The notes under the pieces are model-generated. The model did not search any database, had not been told where the DNA came from, and saw only the letters and a list, made by a program, of their open reading frames with translations. Both the position numbers and the translations under genes were made by a program. From positions 209,560,001-209,624,000 of the forward strand of contig OX597815.1 in assembly GCA_951406725.2 (NCBI GenBank): a DNA stretch of 64,000 bases, given 5' to 3'. Below are positions 45,004-58,562 of this stretch, piece after piece. Every line of letters starts with the position of its first letter. The first letter of the stretch is position 1. Origin of the DNA: Octopus vulgaris. Taxonomy: Eukaryota.

Positions 45004-45222
45004 TGTGTGTGTGTGTGTGTCTGTGTTTGTCCCCCTAGCATTGCTTGACAACCGATGCTGGTGTGTTTATATCCCCGTTACTTAGCGGTTCGGCAAAAGA
45101 GACCGATAGAATAAGTACTGGGCTTACAAAAGAATAAGTCCCGGAGTCGAGTTGCTCGATTAAAGGCAGTGCTCCAGCATGGCCGCAGTCAAATGACTGA
45201 AACAAGTAAAAGAGTAAAAGAG
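44787..45222 (+). mobile_element. SINE family A
   Basis: Full-length copy. Confidence 0.9.
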
Positions 45223-45227
45223 TTTTA

Positions 45228-45364
45228 TATATATATATCATATCACTTAGATCATTAGCGCTTTCTCCCATTCTAGTGGGGTTTTCAAATCAAACTGTTT
45301 GATTTGAAAACCCCACTAGAATGGGAGAAAGCACTAATGATCTAAGTGATATGATATATATATA
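45228..45364. repeat. Near-perfect palindrome: 68-bp arms, 1-nt loop, one mismatch
   Basis: Arms 45228-45295 and 45297-45364 centred on CAAAC-T-GTTTG. Confidence 0.97.
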
Positions 45365-45432
45365 AAAAATGTAATATACAAATAAATATCTGTAAATATA
45401 AACCATCCGATTTTCCGAGTGTACCTCATTTC

Positions 45433-45479
<47 letters not shown>

Positions 45480-45832
45480 CTATCTGTAGATAGAGAAATA
45501 AATATGTGTGAGTTGTATGTATAATTGTATATATGCATGTGTGCATATGTCTATGTGTGTGTGTGCAGGTATGCATGTAGCTGTCTATTTATGTATACAT
45601 GTGTGTATATGTACGTATCTGTCTGTGCATATGCAAGCGCATAAAACTGCGATATGTTGTGTATCTTCACGCATTCTCATTCTTAAGTACAAATATGTAA
45701 CTAATAACCTGCAGGAGGCCTCGCATTTCTTCTGATACTTCGCCCCGTGTTGATATAGTTTTAAAACGTCTTCTTTCCGCTGCATTTAATGCTAAGATAT
45801 TTAGTACGATTTCTTGGTGGAGATGAGAGAGT

Positions 45833-45877
<45 letters not shown>

Positions 45878-46019
45878 AATCAGAGAGAGTGAATAAAGGA
45901 GAATGAGAGTGGCAAAAAAATGGAAAAATATTTTAATCACAAACGATAATATCGGAATTGGAAAAGGAATAGCGGTAATTCTTTTGTGAGCATATCTCTA
46001 ACGTGAATTCTTTCGCTAA

Positions 46020-46235
46020 GGCGACGAGTTGGCAGAATCGTTACCGCACCGGGGAAAAAATGCTTCCCAGCATTTTCTCCGACTTCATGTTCTGAGTTCA
46101 AATGCTGCCGGTGTCGACTGTACCTTTCATTCCGTCAGGGTCGATAAAATAAATACCAGCTAAGCACTGGAGTCGATGTGATCAACTTATCCCCTACTCT
46201 GAAACTGCTGGCTTTGTGCCGGAATTTGTGACCAA
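46020..46235 (+). mobile_element. SINE family B, older subtype (similar diverged copies at ~48008-48170, 54785-55005, 58750-58915, 60775-60920)
   Basis: GGCGACGAGTTGGCAGAATCGTTA head; GGGTCGATAAAATAAATACCAG centre. Confidence 0.8.
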
Positions 46236-46716
46236 TATTTATTCCTTCTCTCTTACGTTGTTATTCAGATATATACACGTAGAATTTTGTTGAGGAGTAT
46301 CGACTAAGACGTCTCGTTTATAGTTTTGGTTTAATATAAAACTAGCAGAAAAGCGAATGCTTTTACTCATGCACTAGGTGCAGGCAATTTGGAATGATGA
46401 GATGAGGAAGTCATGCAATGAGAAACAAAAAGAACATTCGAAAAGTATTAGGTGTTATTATTTCAAAGAATGTAACGTTGGCTAATTTCAAGCCCTCAGT
46501 CTTTAGCGGTGTGATGGTAATAGCAAATATTTGCTATATTAGAGCAATGATGTAATTTTTGACGGTCGTGAATCAGTTCATTGAACGGACATTATTACAT
46601 GACTAGTATCTCAACAGGTGCACAGTCTATCACATCAACAACAGTACAGGATTGTGTCTACAGAGGTGCATGGTAGATACAGAACTAGTATTTATTTTAT
46701 GTATACGAAGAAAATA

Positions 46717-47131
46717 TATTTCTTTACTACCCACAAGGGGCTAAACACAGAGGGGACAAACAAGGACAGACAAAGGGATTAAGTCGATTACACTGACCTC
46801 AGTGCGTTACTGGCACTTAATTTATCGACCCCGAAAGGATGAAAGGCAAAGTCGACCTCGGCAGAATTTGAACACAGAACGTAACGGCAGACGAAATACC
46901 TATTTCTTTATTACCCACAAGGGGCTAAACATAGAGGGGACAAACAAGGACAGACTAACGGATTAAGTCGATTACACTGACCTCAGTGCGTTACTGGTAC
47001 TTAATTTATCGACCCCGAAAGGATGAAAGGCAAAGTCGATCTCGGCGGAATTTGAACTCAGAACGTAACGGCAGACGAAATACAGCTACGCATTTCGCCC
47101 GGCGTGCTAACGTTTCTGCCAGCTCGCCGCC
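46717..47131 (-). mobile_element. SINE family B head-to-tail dimer with ~25-bp degenerate TSD
   Basis: A full copy plus a copy restarting at GGTATTTCG; flanks ttattttatgtatacgaagaaaata (46692-46716) and ttattttatctataaggagataata (47132-47156). Confidence 0.88.
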
Positions 47132-48279
47132 TTATTTTATCTATAAGGAGATAATAAAAGACAAAGTGAACCTGAACAGATTGACCTCGGAATGTAATGA
47201 GACCTACTGACTTTGTTATCCTTTTATTCCCGACTCATAATATCTAAGTGTGTAAAACACGCTCGGTCACTCATATCACTGCATTGTTACATACAAACAC
47301 AAATATATTTGCAGTGACGTAAATGAGTCACATGACTTCTATACTATAATGGAGGAAGCTGTTTATCAATTAGTTGGACTATGTAACTCTTATTAAAAGA
47401 AAGAAATTATGAAAGTTTCCATTGTTTACAAAATACTAAAAAAATCTTCAAACTTCAAATTTTGATCAGAATAGTTCTTCATGCACTTTTTCTAATTGAA
47501 AATTAAAATACGCGTTTGAATCACAAAATATATTTTATTCAGAAAAGAAACATATTTAGTACGGCATATGTCCGCCTGTTGTCTTTCTCGCTCTCTCTGC
47601 CGGTTTGTTAAAATGTTTTCATTAAAAATAAGTGATTACCAAAGTTGTTTTGTTTAGATAATGGTGAGAAACATTTGTAATTTCTTTAACACTATATCTA
47701 TCGAGTATTGTCAGAAATAATATATTGATGTTTGTTTTTATTCCAACATCTTTCTCTTTTCGTTCTTTATCTTCCTCTCTCTCACACGCACACTTCATTC
47801 ATAACCTTTATCGTTCAATTCCTTCCATTTGAAATTTTTGACTGCCTATTCTGTCATTTTCGTCTTTTCCCCTTGCAACGCTCTCTCTCTCTCTTTTCTC
47901 TCTCTCTCTCACTCTCTCTCTCTCCCACGTCTATTCAAAGTTTTCATTAAAAATAATTAACTTATCGTAAATTAATAGGTAATATATAAGTGTTCATTAT
48001 TTTTTCAAGGTGACGAGTTGGTAGAATTGTTAGCACATCTGGCAAAATGCTTACCGGCATCTCTGTGTTCAAATTCAGCCGAGGTCGACTTTACCGTTTC
48101 AGGGCCCATAAAATAAGTACCAGTCATGCTCTGGAGTAGAAATTGCTGCCATTATGTCGAAATTTGAAGCATTATTTCTTCAACTTCTTAACTCTAGGCA
48201 CATTTGCCTAGATGTAAGATGAATGTGAGAAAATGACATTCAAAAGTAAGTAGTTTATATAAGTAGGTTATATATGTGT

Positions 48280-48613
48280 GAAGGCGAATGGCTCAGTGAC
48301 GAGATCATCAGGCCCACAATCATGAAGTAGTGAGTTTGATTCCCAAACTAGACTGTGTGTTATATTCTTGAGTAAGACACTTTATTGCTCCAGTTCACTC
48401 AACTATAGAAATGAGTTGCGACATCACTGATGCCAAGCTGTTTCGGTCTTTGCCTTTCCCTTGGACAACATCAATGGTGTGGAGAGGGGAGGCTGGTATG
48501 CATGAGCGATTGCAGGTCTTCTATATACAACCTTACCGGAATTGTACCTTGGAGGGGAACTTTTTAGGTGCAATCCCATGGTCATTCATGATCGAAGGGG
48601 TTCATTACCCTTT
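48280..48613 (+). mobile_element. Older tRNA-derived SINE
   Basis: tRNA-like head, CTTGAGTAAGACACTT centre, and tail caatcccatggtcattc also seen at 44575-44620. Confidence 0.65.
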
Positions 48614-49478
48614 ATTGGGGGATGTGAAAGTACAGAAAAAAAACATACTTGCATATGTCAATCACAGTATTGTGTAGCAGAAATCCGGACACTAATTGCT
48701 ATATACTCGGCTAGACATCACGAATGAGCCACCACAGTTTCATATGATCGGCCAATCAGCGTGAAGCTGTGGCGGGATATGGATCCTAAGATATTCTGAA
48801 ATGTAACCTATTGTCATCTCATTAAAACACAGTTTGGTGCCAAACTAATCATAGTGTTGAGAGCAGCCGATTGATTCACACGCGTCGCCTCTTTCCGGGC
48901 AGACAATCTTCGGCTGTTTTGGACATTTGTGCAAACAACTTGTTACACAGACTGACTGATTCTGCACGTTCACACTGCATCGTTTAAGTAGCTTCTACAG
49001 ACATGGCGTGGTTTTTCTCTCCTCCTAGTCGGCAATTATTTTATTAACAAAGCACAATAAGGAAGCATTTGTTAAACATCATTCATTACAAGCGGGTACT
49101 GAGAAGCAAAATATTGGTATTCAACATTTTGAGCTCGAATTCTATTAGCATTTACTTTATTTTGCATTCTTTCCGAGGTGTTAATATAAGTAAATAAGTT
49201 GATAAATAAATAATACCATTAATATTTTGACTTTGATTCAATTGCCTATGCCTCTAGCCACCTAAAATGTTAGCCTTCTGCCCTGTCAAAGAAATAAAGT
49301 ATAGGATAATAAATCGATTTTGATACAAGCAGCAGCTGGAATTCAATATCTTGGATTTACACAGTTCTAAAGACTTTCTTATCTACGAGAAGGTTGCATC
49401 GAAATGAAATTGCAATTTTGCCTTGTATCACAGTGGAATTTGATATGGACACCATAATAAATATAAAATAGTCAACGT

Positions 49479-49549
<71 letters not shown>

Positions 49550-49558
49550 AATATATAT

Positions 49559-49620
<62 letters not shown>

Positions 49621-50703
49621 GTATATATATGTATATATATATGCATATATATATGTATATACGTGTGAGTGTATGAATATGTATATATACGTATATGCAT
49701 ATATATGTATGTACACTCATATGCATACATGTATATGTGTATGTATACATACATATGTATGATTTGCAAAGAGATTTAATAATATCTAAAATAGTGAGGT
49801 CATCATATTGAGACCGAGGTCACCATTCTCTCACTCAACTCGTTATCTTCTGGGCGAGTCCAATAATAGTTTTTGTGAAATCTTTGAAAGCGCTCTTCTC
49901 TCGTAATTACCTACCGTTAAACAAGAAAGCTAAATGATTGATAACTAACTCTAAGTGAGATTGAATTCAGCTGAAAAGCGACACCAAAAAGTATTTTGGA
50001 AATGTTATCAGAAGGAAAGAAAATGAAAAACCGAAAAAAAAGATAATAATAATAAAAACACACAGCAAAGTAAAATAAAATAAAACAAACAACTCAGGTT
50101 CTAATGAATAGTACAAAATGAAGAACGTAAAGTGAGTGTAAAAGTTAATTAAATCAACTTGCCTATAATAGTAAAGAAGCTAATTTCATCGAAATGACAG
50201 AAAGGAAATGTAACTACTGAAACTATTCGATAGACAAGCAGGCCTTCTCTGCTGGAAAGCCTAGTAGGGGAAAGGATTTAACTTAAATATGGATGCCATC
50301 GCGACTACAATTGGCAGTAATTTAGAAATCTATCATCACCTCTTTCAATTAGAGGTTATTCATTATTGTTTTGTGAGAGAAGTTAAAATATCTCAAAAGT
50401 TGAACTTGGAGTAATTACACACATAAATACATGCATACGCACAAACAGACAGACATACACCTATCAATACATACATACATACATACATACATACATACAT
50501 ACATACATACATACATACATACATACATACATACATACACAACATGCATGCTTATATATGCAAATGCATATATATATATGTGTGTGTGTGTGTGTATGTG
50601 TGTGTATGTGTATGTGTGCATGTGTGTGTGTCTGAGTGTAAGAATGTATATAAATATACTCTCTCTTTTACTCTTTTACTCTCTCTCTCTCTCTCTCTCT
50701 CTA

Positions 50704-50753
<50 letters not shown>

Positions 50754-51000
50754 TAATATATATATATATATATATATATATACAAATATATATTATATAT
50801 ATTCATATATATATATATTATATATACATATATACATATATATCAATGTATATATTATATATATATACATACATACACACACACACACACATATATATAT
50901 AATTTTAAAATAGGATAAAATCTTTAAAAAATTTATCAAGCAGTCAGCTTATTTGTAATGGTAGTTTTGACTTTAAGAGACCCTCATATTGTGAGGAATT

Positions 51001-51042
<42 letters not shown>

Positions 51043-51206
51043 GCGAGAGTTGGTACGTGAAAGTACGTGGTTAGAATGTAAAAACTACAGAAGATTTGTA
51101 TTATTTGGTTAAAAATATATTAAAATCATGTTAGGAAAATTATATAAACTTTTGTGTATTGTGACATTATTTTTGTAGAAATAACCGGTTTCTCATGTAT
51201 GTATAT

Positions 51207-51263
<57 letters not shown>

Positions 51264-51284
51264 CATAAACACATACATACATAC

Positions 51285-51319
<35 letters not shown>

Positions 51320-51411
51320 AAAGGGAAAGTTTACGAAAATAAACAAAAGACGAAGGCAGGTGGAGTACAAACAAACAAATGTATTAGTATAGCGCTCAAG
51401 AATAGAAAAAG

Positions 51412-51449
51412 TCTTTTACGTTTCGAGCCTATGCTCTTTGACAGAAAGA
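51412..51449 (-). ncRNA. Degenerate minimal hammerhead motif in a TA-flanked cassette (51320-51500)
   Basis: Minus strand: UCUUU-CUGUCAA-A GAGC AUAG GCUC-GAA-ACGU-A^AAAGA. Stems are perfect but the core is mutated; same architecture as 7079-7113. Confidence 0.6.
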
Positions 51450-52159
51450 TACACAGAAAAAACAAGGAGAGAAAAAAATGCGTGTAGGAGCTAACGACAT
51501 ATATTTACATATATATATATACATATATATACACACACATATATATACACACATATATATACATATATATAACAAAGTAAACTTGTGAAAATATATAGCA
51601 AAGAGAGTTTGAAAATGCAGAGGTTTTTTAAAGATGCTTATTGAATCAACCGGTTTCACTTCTTTACAAACAGATTATAAGCTTTGTTGTGTTAAAAAAT
51701 GGTTATCATAATTGTATTAAAATACAGTTATATAGTCATTGATAACGATAAGAATATGTCAAAAAATAGAATCTTTGACAATGTTGATATCAGTGTAGCT
51801 CTTAGAAACTGTGCAATCGTTATCAAAATCCAGAATACTTTTCAGGAAACCTGATTGGTGACAATATCGGAAGACCATATTTTAAAATCATTGACTGAGC
51901 AAATATATTGCCTGCTGTATAGCTTTATCTTTATGTCGATTTATCTTTGAGAGTTCTATGATTTTTCTTACAAAAGAAGTGCAAAACCAAAGGATAATAA
52001 ATTTACGTCTCACACACATACACACACACACACACATACATATACACAGACGCATGCACATGTATATATATATACACACTCATATATATATATACATACA
52101 TTTATATGTATATTTGTTTATACATATACATGTGTCTGTATGTGTGTGTGTGTGTATAG

Positions 52160-52575
52160 TAGTGGTCATCCGTCGGTCACGAGAGGCCATGAATCTACGC
52201 CCGAAGAAATTGTGTCAGCCCTTGATGGTGGTGCATCATCTGCCGTTGCCGCACAGGCCCACACGGGAGTGGCAATCATGCATACAGCAACTGCATTTAA
52301 AGGAGCTCACTGCCGGCCCTACTGGTTTTTCCTTCCGTCGAGTGCTCTTTTCCTGCTTTTTCTTTCTACCGCTTCATTCTCTTTCGCAGTATTTGTCTCC
52401 AATGTGGGCTATCGTTTACGGCTTTATCCCATCTCAGGACGTCTATATCAAGCGACTTCATATCCCTCTTACAGACACTTTTGAAACGAAAATGAGGTCG
52501 TTCTCATGCTCTTTAGCCAGTGGCCTATTCCCCATACAGGAAGTATTTTGGGATCCTGTCGTACAATGAGAATGA
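52160..52575 (-). mobile_element. RTE-clade LINE 3' fragment
   Basis: RIPKYFLYGE*ATG..RPHFRFKSVCKRDMKSLDID..W..FKCSCCMHDCHSRVGL plus an RTE-type tail (ctcgtgaccgacggatg). Confidence 0.85.
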
Positions 52576-55500
52576 GTGCCTAACACCACATTGGTGGACA
52601 AAAGTCTCTTTGTGTATTAAGGATGTCATTGGTTTCATGTTAATAAAGTTATCTTAACATCCTAATAATTTTTAAATATGATCACATGGATCATATTTAG
52701 GTATGTATATATACGCACACACCATATGTATATATACACATATATACATACATACACATAAACACACACCGCACACACACACACACACACACACATCTAT
52801 AAATTTAACCCTTTGCAGGAGTCTTAAGCGTATATTATACTTCAGCTTTTTATTGAGAACGCTTTTCAGATCTAAAATCAAAAGTTAATTCATTACGTAG
52901 ATTCCTTTTCGTGTACGTTGCCTATTCTTTCTCTTATTCTCGTGTATATCCTTACAGGATAAAGACAACGGACTGGCATATTCTTTGAAAATTTTTTATA
53001 GGAATATGGTGTATCCGATTTAAGTTGTGATTTACTGACAAAGTAATTGAATTATATCTCGTTACATCCGTTAGGTAAGCATATTTGGGTTTCTTCCTCT
53101 TTGGTCCTGAATAGGTCACTTTCCCCTTTTAGTAACCATTTTTGCAGCAACCCGGAACACCACCAGTGTTTCTATGATACAAACATCCTGTGATCAAACT
53201 TCCATAAAAATTCTTTGTGAATTCATGTTCCAAGCACCAGCTGAGTAATAACACAGTTATTATATTCATTTCTTCATTATGTTCAAAAGTAATTTAAACA
53301 AAGGCATCATTTTCCATAGAAATATGGCAGGTAAAGTTTTTGTAACAGCTATTGTAAGAAACTCCTACTGAAAACATATTTATCCCAAGAATTCATACAG
53401 AGATATTTCAGCTCGCTTTTAATATAGCCGAAACAGTTTAAAAGGCAAAGTGGACGTATCTCTTTAAACACAACTAGTAACCTTCAGGTGATCAAGCCAA
53501 ATACTATATTTTTCATGTGAAGATTTATTTTAGCAATTGTAAAAGGGAGCCGAATATTTTAATCAGTCACCATTCATCCGGCACAATCCGTCCGGTTCCT
53601 TTTAGACACGCCCGACTGCGACTAAAATATTCAATATTTATTTGAACATTTATCGTAGAAAACCAGCTTTAAAAAAAGTCGCATTAGAAAAAAATCTTCC
53701 AGGAAGCATTAGAAACGTCTTAACAGGGAGAGAGAGAATATTTAATTTAATGAACAAAGTTCACAAGCAAAGAAAGAACTCTTTCGTAGAAAATTATGGC
53801 ACTGTTACAGAAATGTAAATTAATTTAAAATCCGGTATTGCGTAATTAAGACAAAACCCGATATAATTAATTATTCAATGGTCGTTCAACCTCAAATAAT
53901 CAAATTGCGTCTGCTATTATATTAACGCACTGAAATTGTGGACAAATTATTTATTCATTCATCTTATTCGTGTGTGCATGCGTGTCTTCAAAAGATTCAA
54001 TGATCGCACTGATACTTTCACAAACAATATCTTCACTGGGGGATGTGGGGAAAAGTAAAAGAGAAAAATGGATTAATTCAGTATGTTTTTTTTTTTAATT
54101 TTTCCTTTTTATTTCTAAATGCACAGTTAAGGTTCCTTGTTATGCAGACATACAAATATTCGATTATCGTATTTGATAAAGATATTATTAAAATCTAGGA
54201 AGAGACCGTGTAATTTAATGCTTCTCTGTCTATTCATGAGGAATTTATCAACGGATGTATCTTTCTCTGTATGTGAGCACGCACACATCCAGCAGCATTT
54301 TAGACATGCTACCGATAGCATTTCTATTAGATCGATGGCTCTGCTAGAAATAACAGAAAATATCCTGTCGCCTTTCAAAGAAAGGAAGGGCACATTGCAT
54401 ACTGACATTTAAAAATAAGAAAATTGTCACAAATGGTTCATCATTGATGAGACGCTTGCCTATCACAATTGACGGCGCCTCAACTGCAGAAACAGCCATA
54501 AAAACAGTAGATAAAATCACACGTAAACTAAAAGAGCTCCATTGAAGCTTGTGATAAAATTATGAGGATAATAAAACCGTATATCATTTATTTGGCACAA
54601 TATATATTATAGGAAGATTTTGTCAATGTATCTAAACCGCTAATGAATTAACAGGAAAATAACTATAAATGCATGCTTCTACCAACGAGTTGGAATGTGT
54701 CACATTGTCACAATAGGGCATTGATCCTATGAAAATGGAAGAAACATTTTGAGAACTAATTATAATAGTTGACATTATGGTTAAGGTGGCGGGCTGGCAG
54801 AATCGTTACCACGCTGAACAAAAATGCATAATGGTATTTCTTTTTGCCTTTACAGTCCTGAGTTCAAATACCATCGAGGTCGACTTAGCTTTTCATCTTT
54901 TGGGGTCAATAAAATAAGTACTAGTCGAGCATTTAAGCCCATGCAACAGATTTACTCTGCTCTTAAAAATTGTTGGCCTTGTACCAAAATTCCCAACTAT
55001 TATTAAGGCAGAATCTTTAGCACGAGAAACAAAATGCTTAGCCTCAGCTTTGCCAGTTATTCATCCGAGATCCGTAACGTAAATTCGTTGTGAACTTGTG
55101 GGGCTGATATAATCGACAATTATCTTTTCCAGTTTCATGTTTTGTGCCTATGTTAGAAAGTTTAATTTAGGGAGAAAAATTGGGAAAAATTATTATTTTA
55201 ATATGACATCATTTGCTCCCCTTAAAATTGCTAGGTCTGTGTTTAATCTAAATTAGAAGCAACGTCAACTGTCAGCTTGTGTTTAGTTATGGCTGTTTGC
55301 ATTTTTGATTTCAAACCCCGCTTATGTCAATTGCTGATCTTGTCTCCAATTCAGAAGCCATTATTAGAGTTCAAACGAGCTCTAATGGTTTACCTTTTCA
55401 ATTTACCTTTTTCAAGGTAAATCTTACTTTTCATCGTTTTAGGAATGAGAAAACAAAGTACTAGGATACATTGGAGCTGATGGCATCGACTAAACACTCC

Positions 55501-56722
55501 TCTCAAAATTTCTAGTTTCGTACCTGGATCAGGAACCATCATAAGATGAAATTTAGTTTGTAGCCTAAGTTCAAATACCACTGACGTCACCATCGCATCT
55601 TGTCCTTCCAGTCTCGTTATCTGTAGTACCAGTTATGTTGTGTCACGTGTTGCATTTGTCTTGAAGGATAGAAACATCTTTGACTTATATAGAACAATGG
55701 ATTACATGTGTATCATATATTGTCTAGGGTTTCCTTTCATGATTTTTAAGACATATTAATTGCATCTTCAGCTTTTCCAAAATAGAAATGTATAAACTGC
55801 TTCTTTGTCCGTTCTTGAACAAATTCCTCAGGCACAGACAGAAAAGCGCACACATTTGTAGTGCATCACTACCACGATTCTTCTGGCGATTGGATTCAAC
55901 TTACGTCTAAACTTCCCTTTCGCTCGCAATTTTATCTGCTTGTTTATATCGTACAATTTTGCGTTAGTGGAGTTGTTGGTACTAATTTTGTTTATATCGT
56001 AGAAATTAAGGTTTCCGAGGGACAAAATGTGATACTTAAAAAATATCTGCCGTAAGCAATACTTTAAAAATTCCATTTTTTTGTGGAGTGCGTTTTTCTC
56101 AAAATTTCAAAACAACCTTCAAACCAACATGAAGCCCATTACGCAGTCACTCAGTTGGCTTTAGAATAGTAGACAATACTTGTTATTCGTATCCTGCAGT
56201 TATACAAACGGATACGCTGGTTGTGTATTCGTAAATTTAGAAAAAATACTGCAAAGGAAAGGTTGGAAAGTCTTTGATCATGTCGGTTCAGTTATGTTTG
56301 ATTCGGGTTAAACAACAATAACAGCAGCAACGGCATAACTAACACCAACAATAGTCAAAACAATAACAATCCGCAAGTTTTTGCAATGAGCAATATTCAT
56401 CAACATTATAGAAGCATATCAGACATTTACTAAAGAAAAAATTAAAGATATTTTTGGGAATCAAATACACATGCAAGAAGTTGTTTACTATCAACTAGCT
56501 TTACTTGAAGGGTTCTGTGATCCCAGGCATTCTATCTGTAGCCATCGATGTTTTCCTATGTGCACAGAACTTAGACGCCTATTACCACTGTACCCTTTTT
56601 CCAAGACGACAGGGTATGATTTGAGCTAGAAAAAAAATTGACAACTGTTTGTAACAGATAATACGACCACATAGTGGATCTCTCGTCAGATTGTTTAAAA
56701 GCTTGTTAGAAATCCGTCTTAA

Positions 56723-56955
56723 AGGCGGCGAGCTGGCAGAAACGTTAGCACGCCGGGGCGAAATGCTTTGAAGTATTTCGTCTGCCGCTACGTTCTGAGT
56801 TCAAATTCCGCCGAAGTCGACTTTGCCTTTTATCATTTCGGGGTCGATAAATTAAGTACCAGTTACGCACTGGGGTAGATATAATCGACTTAATCCCTTT
56901 GTCTGTTCTTGTTTGTTCCTTCTATGTTTTTCCCCTTGTGGGTAATAAAGAAATA
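56723..56955 (+). mobile_element. SINE family B (Deu/Nin-domain-like) with 15-bp TSD
   Basis: GGCGGCGAGCTGGCAGAA head, GAGTTCAAATTCC B box, GCCTTT..GGGGTCGATAAATTAAGTACCAG centre; TSD AGAAATC(C/T)GTCTTAA at 56708-56722 and 56956-56970. Confidence 0.9.
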
Positions 56956-57401
56956 AGAAATCTGTCTTAACAACAGAAAATGCTTTGTTGTTGTCGTTGA
57001 TGCTGTTGTTGTTGTTGTTGTTACTGGCATTGACGCTTCTATTGGCGTTGATTTCATTGCTACGGTTTATGTTGGCAGCAACATCGTATGAAAGTGAAAA
57101 GTCATCTCATCAAAATATTGCAGTATTTGACTCGTTCGTTGTTCTGAACAGGTTCGGAATTTGGGAAGGTCCTTTAATAGGCAACACTTGAAATTTCTAG
57201 TGTTTGTCATTTCACACATACTGCAGCTAGATAAGGTCAACCTTCAGTAAGCCGTCATATAACCGAAGCAAAATATATAGATGGCTGTTACTGGGAGAAC
57301 AACAATGATTCACAAATAAAGACTAGAACACATCTACACAATATCTTATCATTTGCTTAAACATTTGCAAAAAGAAAAAGAAAATTCCTATTAAAAGGTA
57401 T

Positions 57402-57655
57402 GTGGAGGCGCGTGGCTTAGTAACTAGGGCGTCAGTATCATGATCGTAAGATTGTGGTTTCGATTGCTGGACCGGGCGATGCGTTGTGATTTTGAGCAAA
57501 ACACTTCATTTTACGTTGCTCCAGTCCACTCAGCTGGCAAAAAGGAGTAACGCTGCGATGGAATGGCGTCCCATCCAGCTGGGGAACACATACGCCATAG
57601 AAACCGGGCCCATGAGCCTGCCTAGGCTTTAAAATGGCGCTTTTATTTTTTCTTT
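57402..57655 (+). mobile_element. tRNA-derived SINE with 13-bp TSD
   Basis: TATTAAAAGGTAT at 57389-57401 and 57656-57668; tRNA-like head; tail like family C. Confidence 0.85.
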
Positions 57656-58399
57656 TATTAAAAGGTATACCCAAGTTTTTATTCACTAACACTTTATTTA
57701 CAAAATAGTTGCGGGAGAATAAAATATACTTGTTTAAATCAACCACAGGAATTTGAGTAAACTCGATCTCACAATGAAGTTCTATACAAGAAACAATAGA
57801 GAAGTATGTTGATTGTTATCAATGTAACCAATAACTTGGTGGTTGAAGCTCTAACCACTCAGAAATATCTCCTGAGATTTTGTAAAGTGACAGTATAGCT
57901 GATTTTCATATGCTCGTTGCCTTTGAGATATCTCAAACACATAAAAAAGCACTGATGCACTGCATAAGAAGATGGACACTAGGTTCACCCACAATCTCCT
58001 TTAAATGCATAATTTAAAGTTAAATGGTGGAAAAGGGTTCAAACTAGAAAATCTCATCAGTATTATCAAATAGTTAAAAAATTATTTACTTTAATATAGC
58101 AACGTTTACGTTTACTAACAAGAAATAGAGGGAAGCCTGATGAAACAAAGCAACAGAAACATAAGTTATAATTTTTTTCACTTAAAGAGAAATATTTTAG
58201 CATGCAACTTCTATTTTTTCACTCGAGGTGGAAGCTGCAGTCTCTGACAGTGGCGGCTGGTGACATTACGACCACCAATCCCATAATTACACTTATCACT
58301 GTTATCGGAGTCACGTGCGCTAACGAAAATGAAGGATGCGATTGCAGCAACGATAGGTTGAGCAAAAATAGGAGAAAATTCATGGCATCTTCAACAGAT

Positions 58400-58562
58400 G
58401 ACACCACCACCACCATAATCACCACCACCGCCACCACCACCGCCACCACCACCGCCGCCACCACCACCACTACTACCACCGCCACCACCACCGCCACCAC
58501 CACCGCCGCCACCACCACCACTACTACCACCACCACCACTACCACCACTACCATCACCACCA
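58400..58562. repeat. (ACC)n trinucleotide repeat
   Basis: Direct inspection. Confidence 0.95.

Noticed and set aside
51958-52569. 203-aa plus-strand ORF
   Set aside because: Microsatellite plus the antisense of an RTE fragment.
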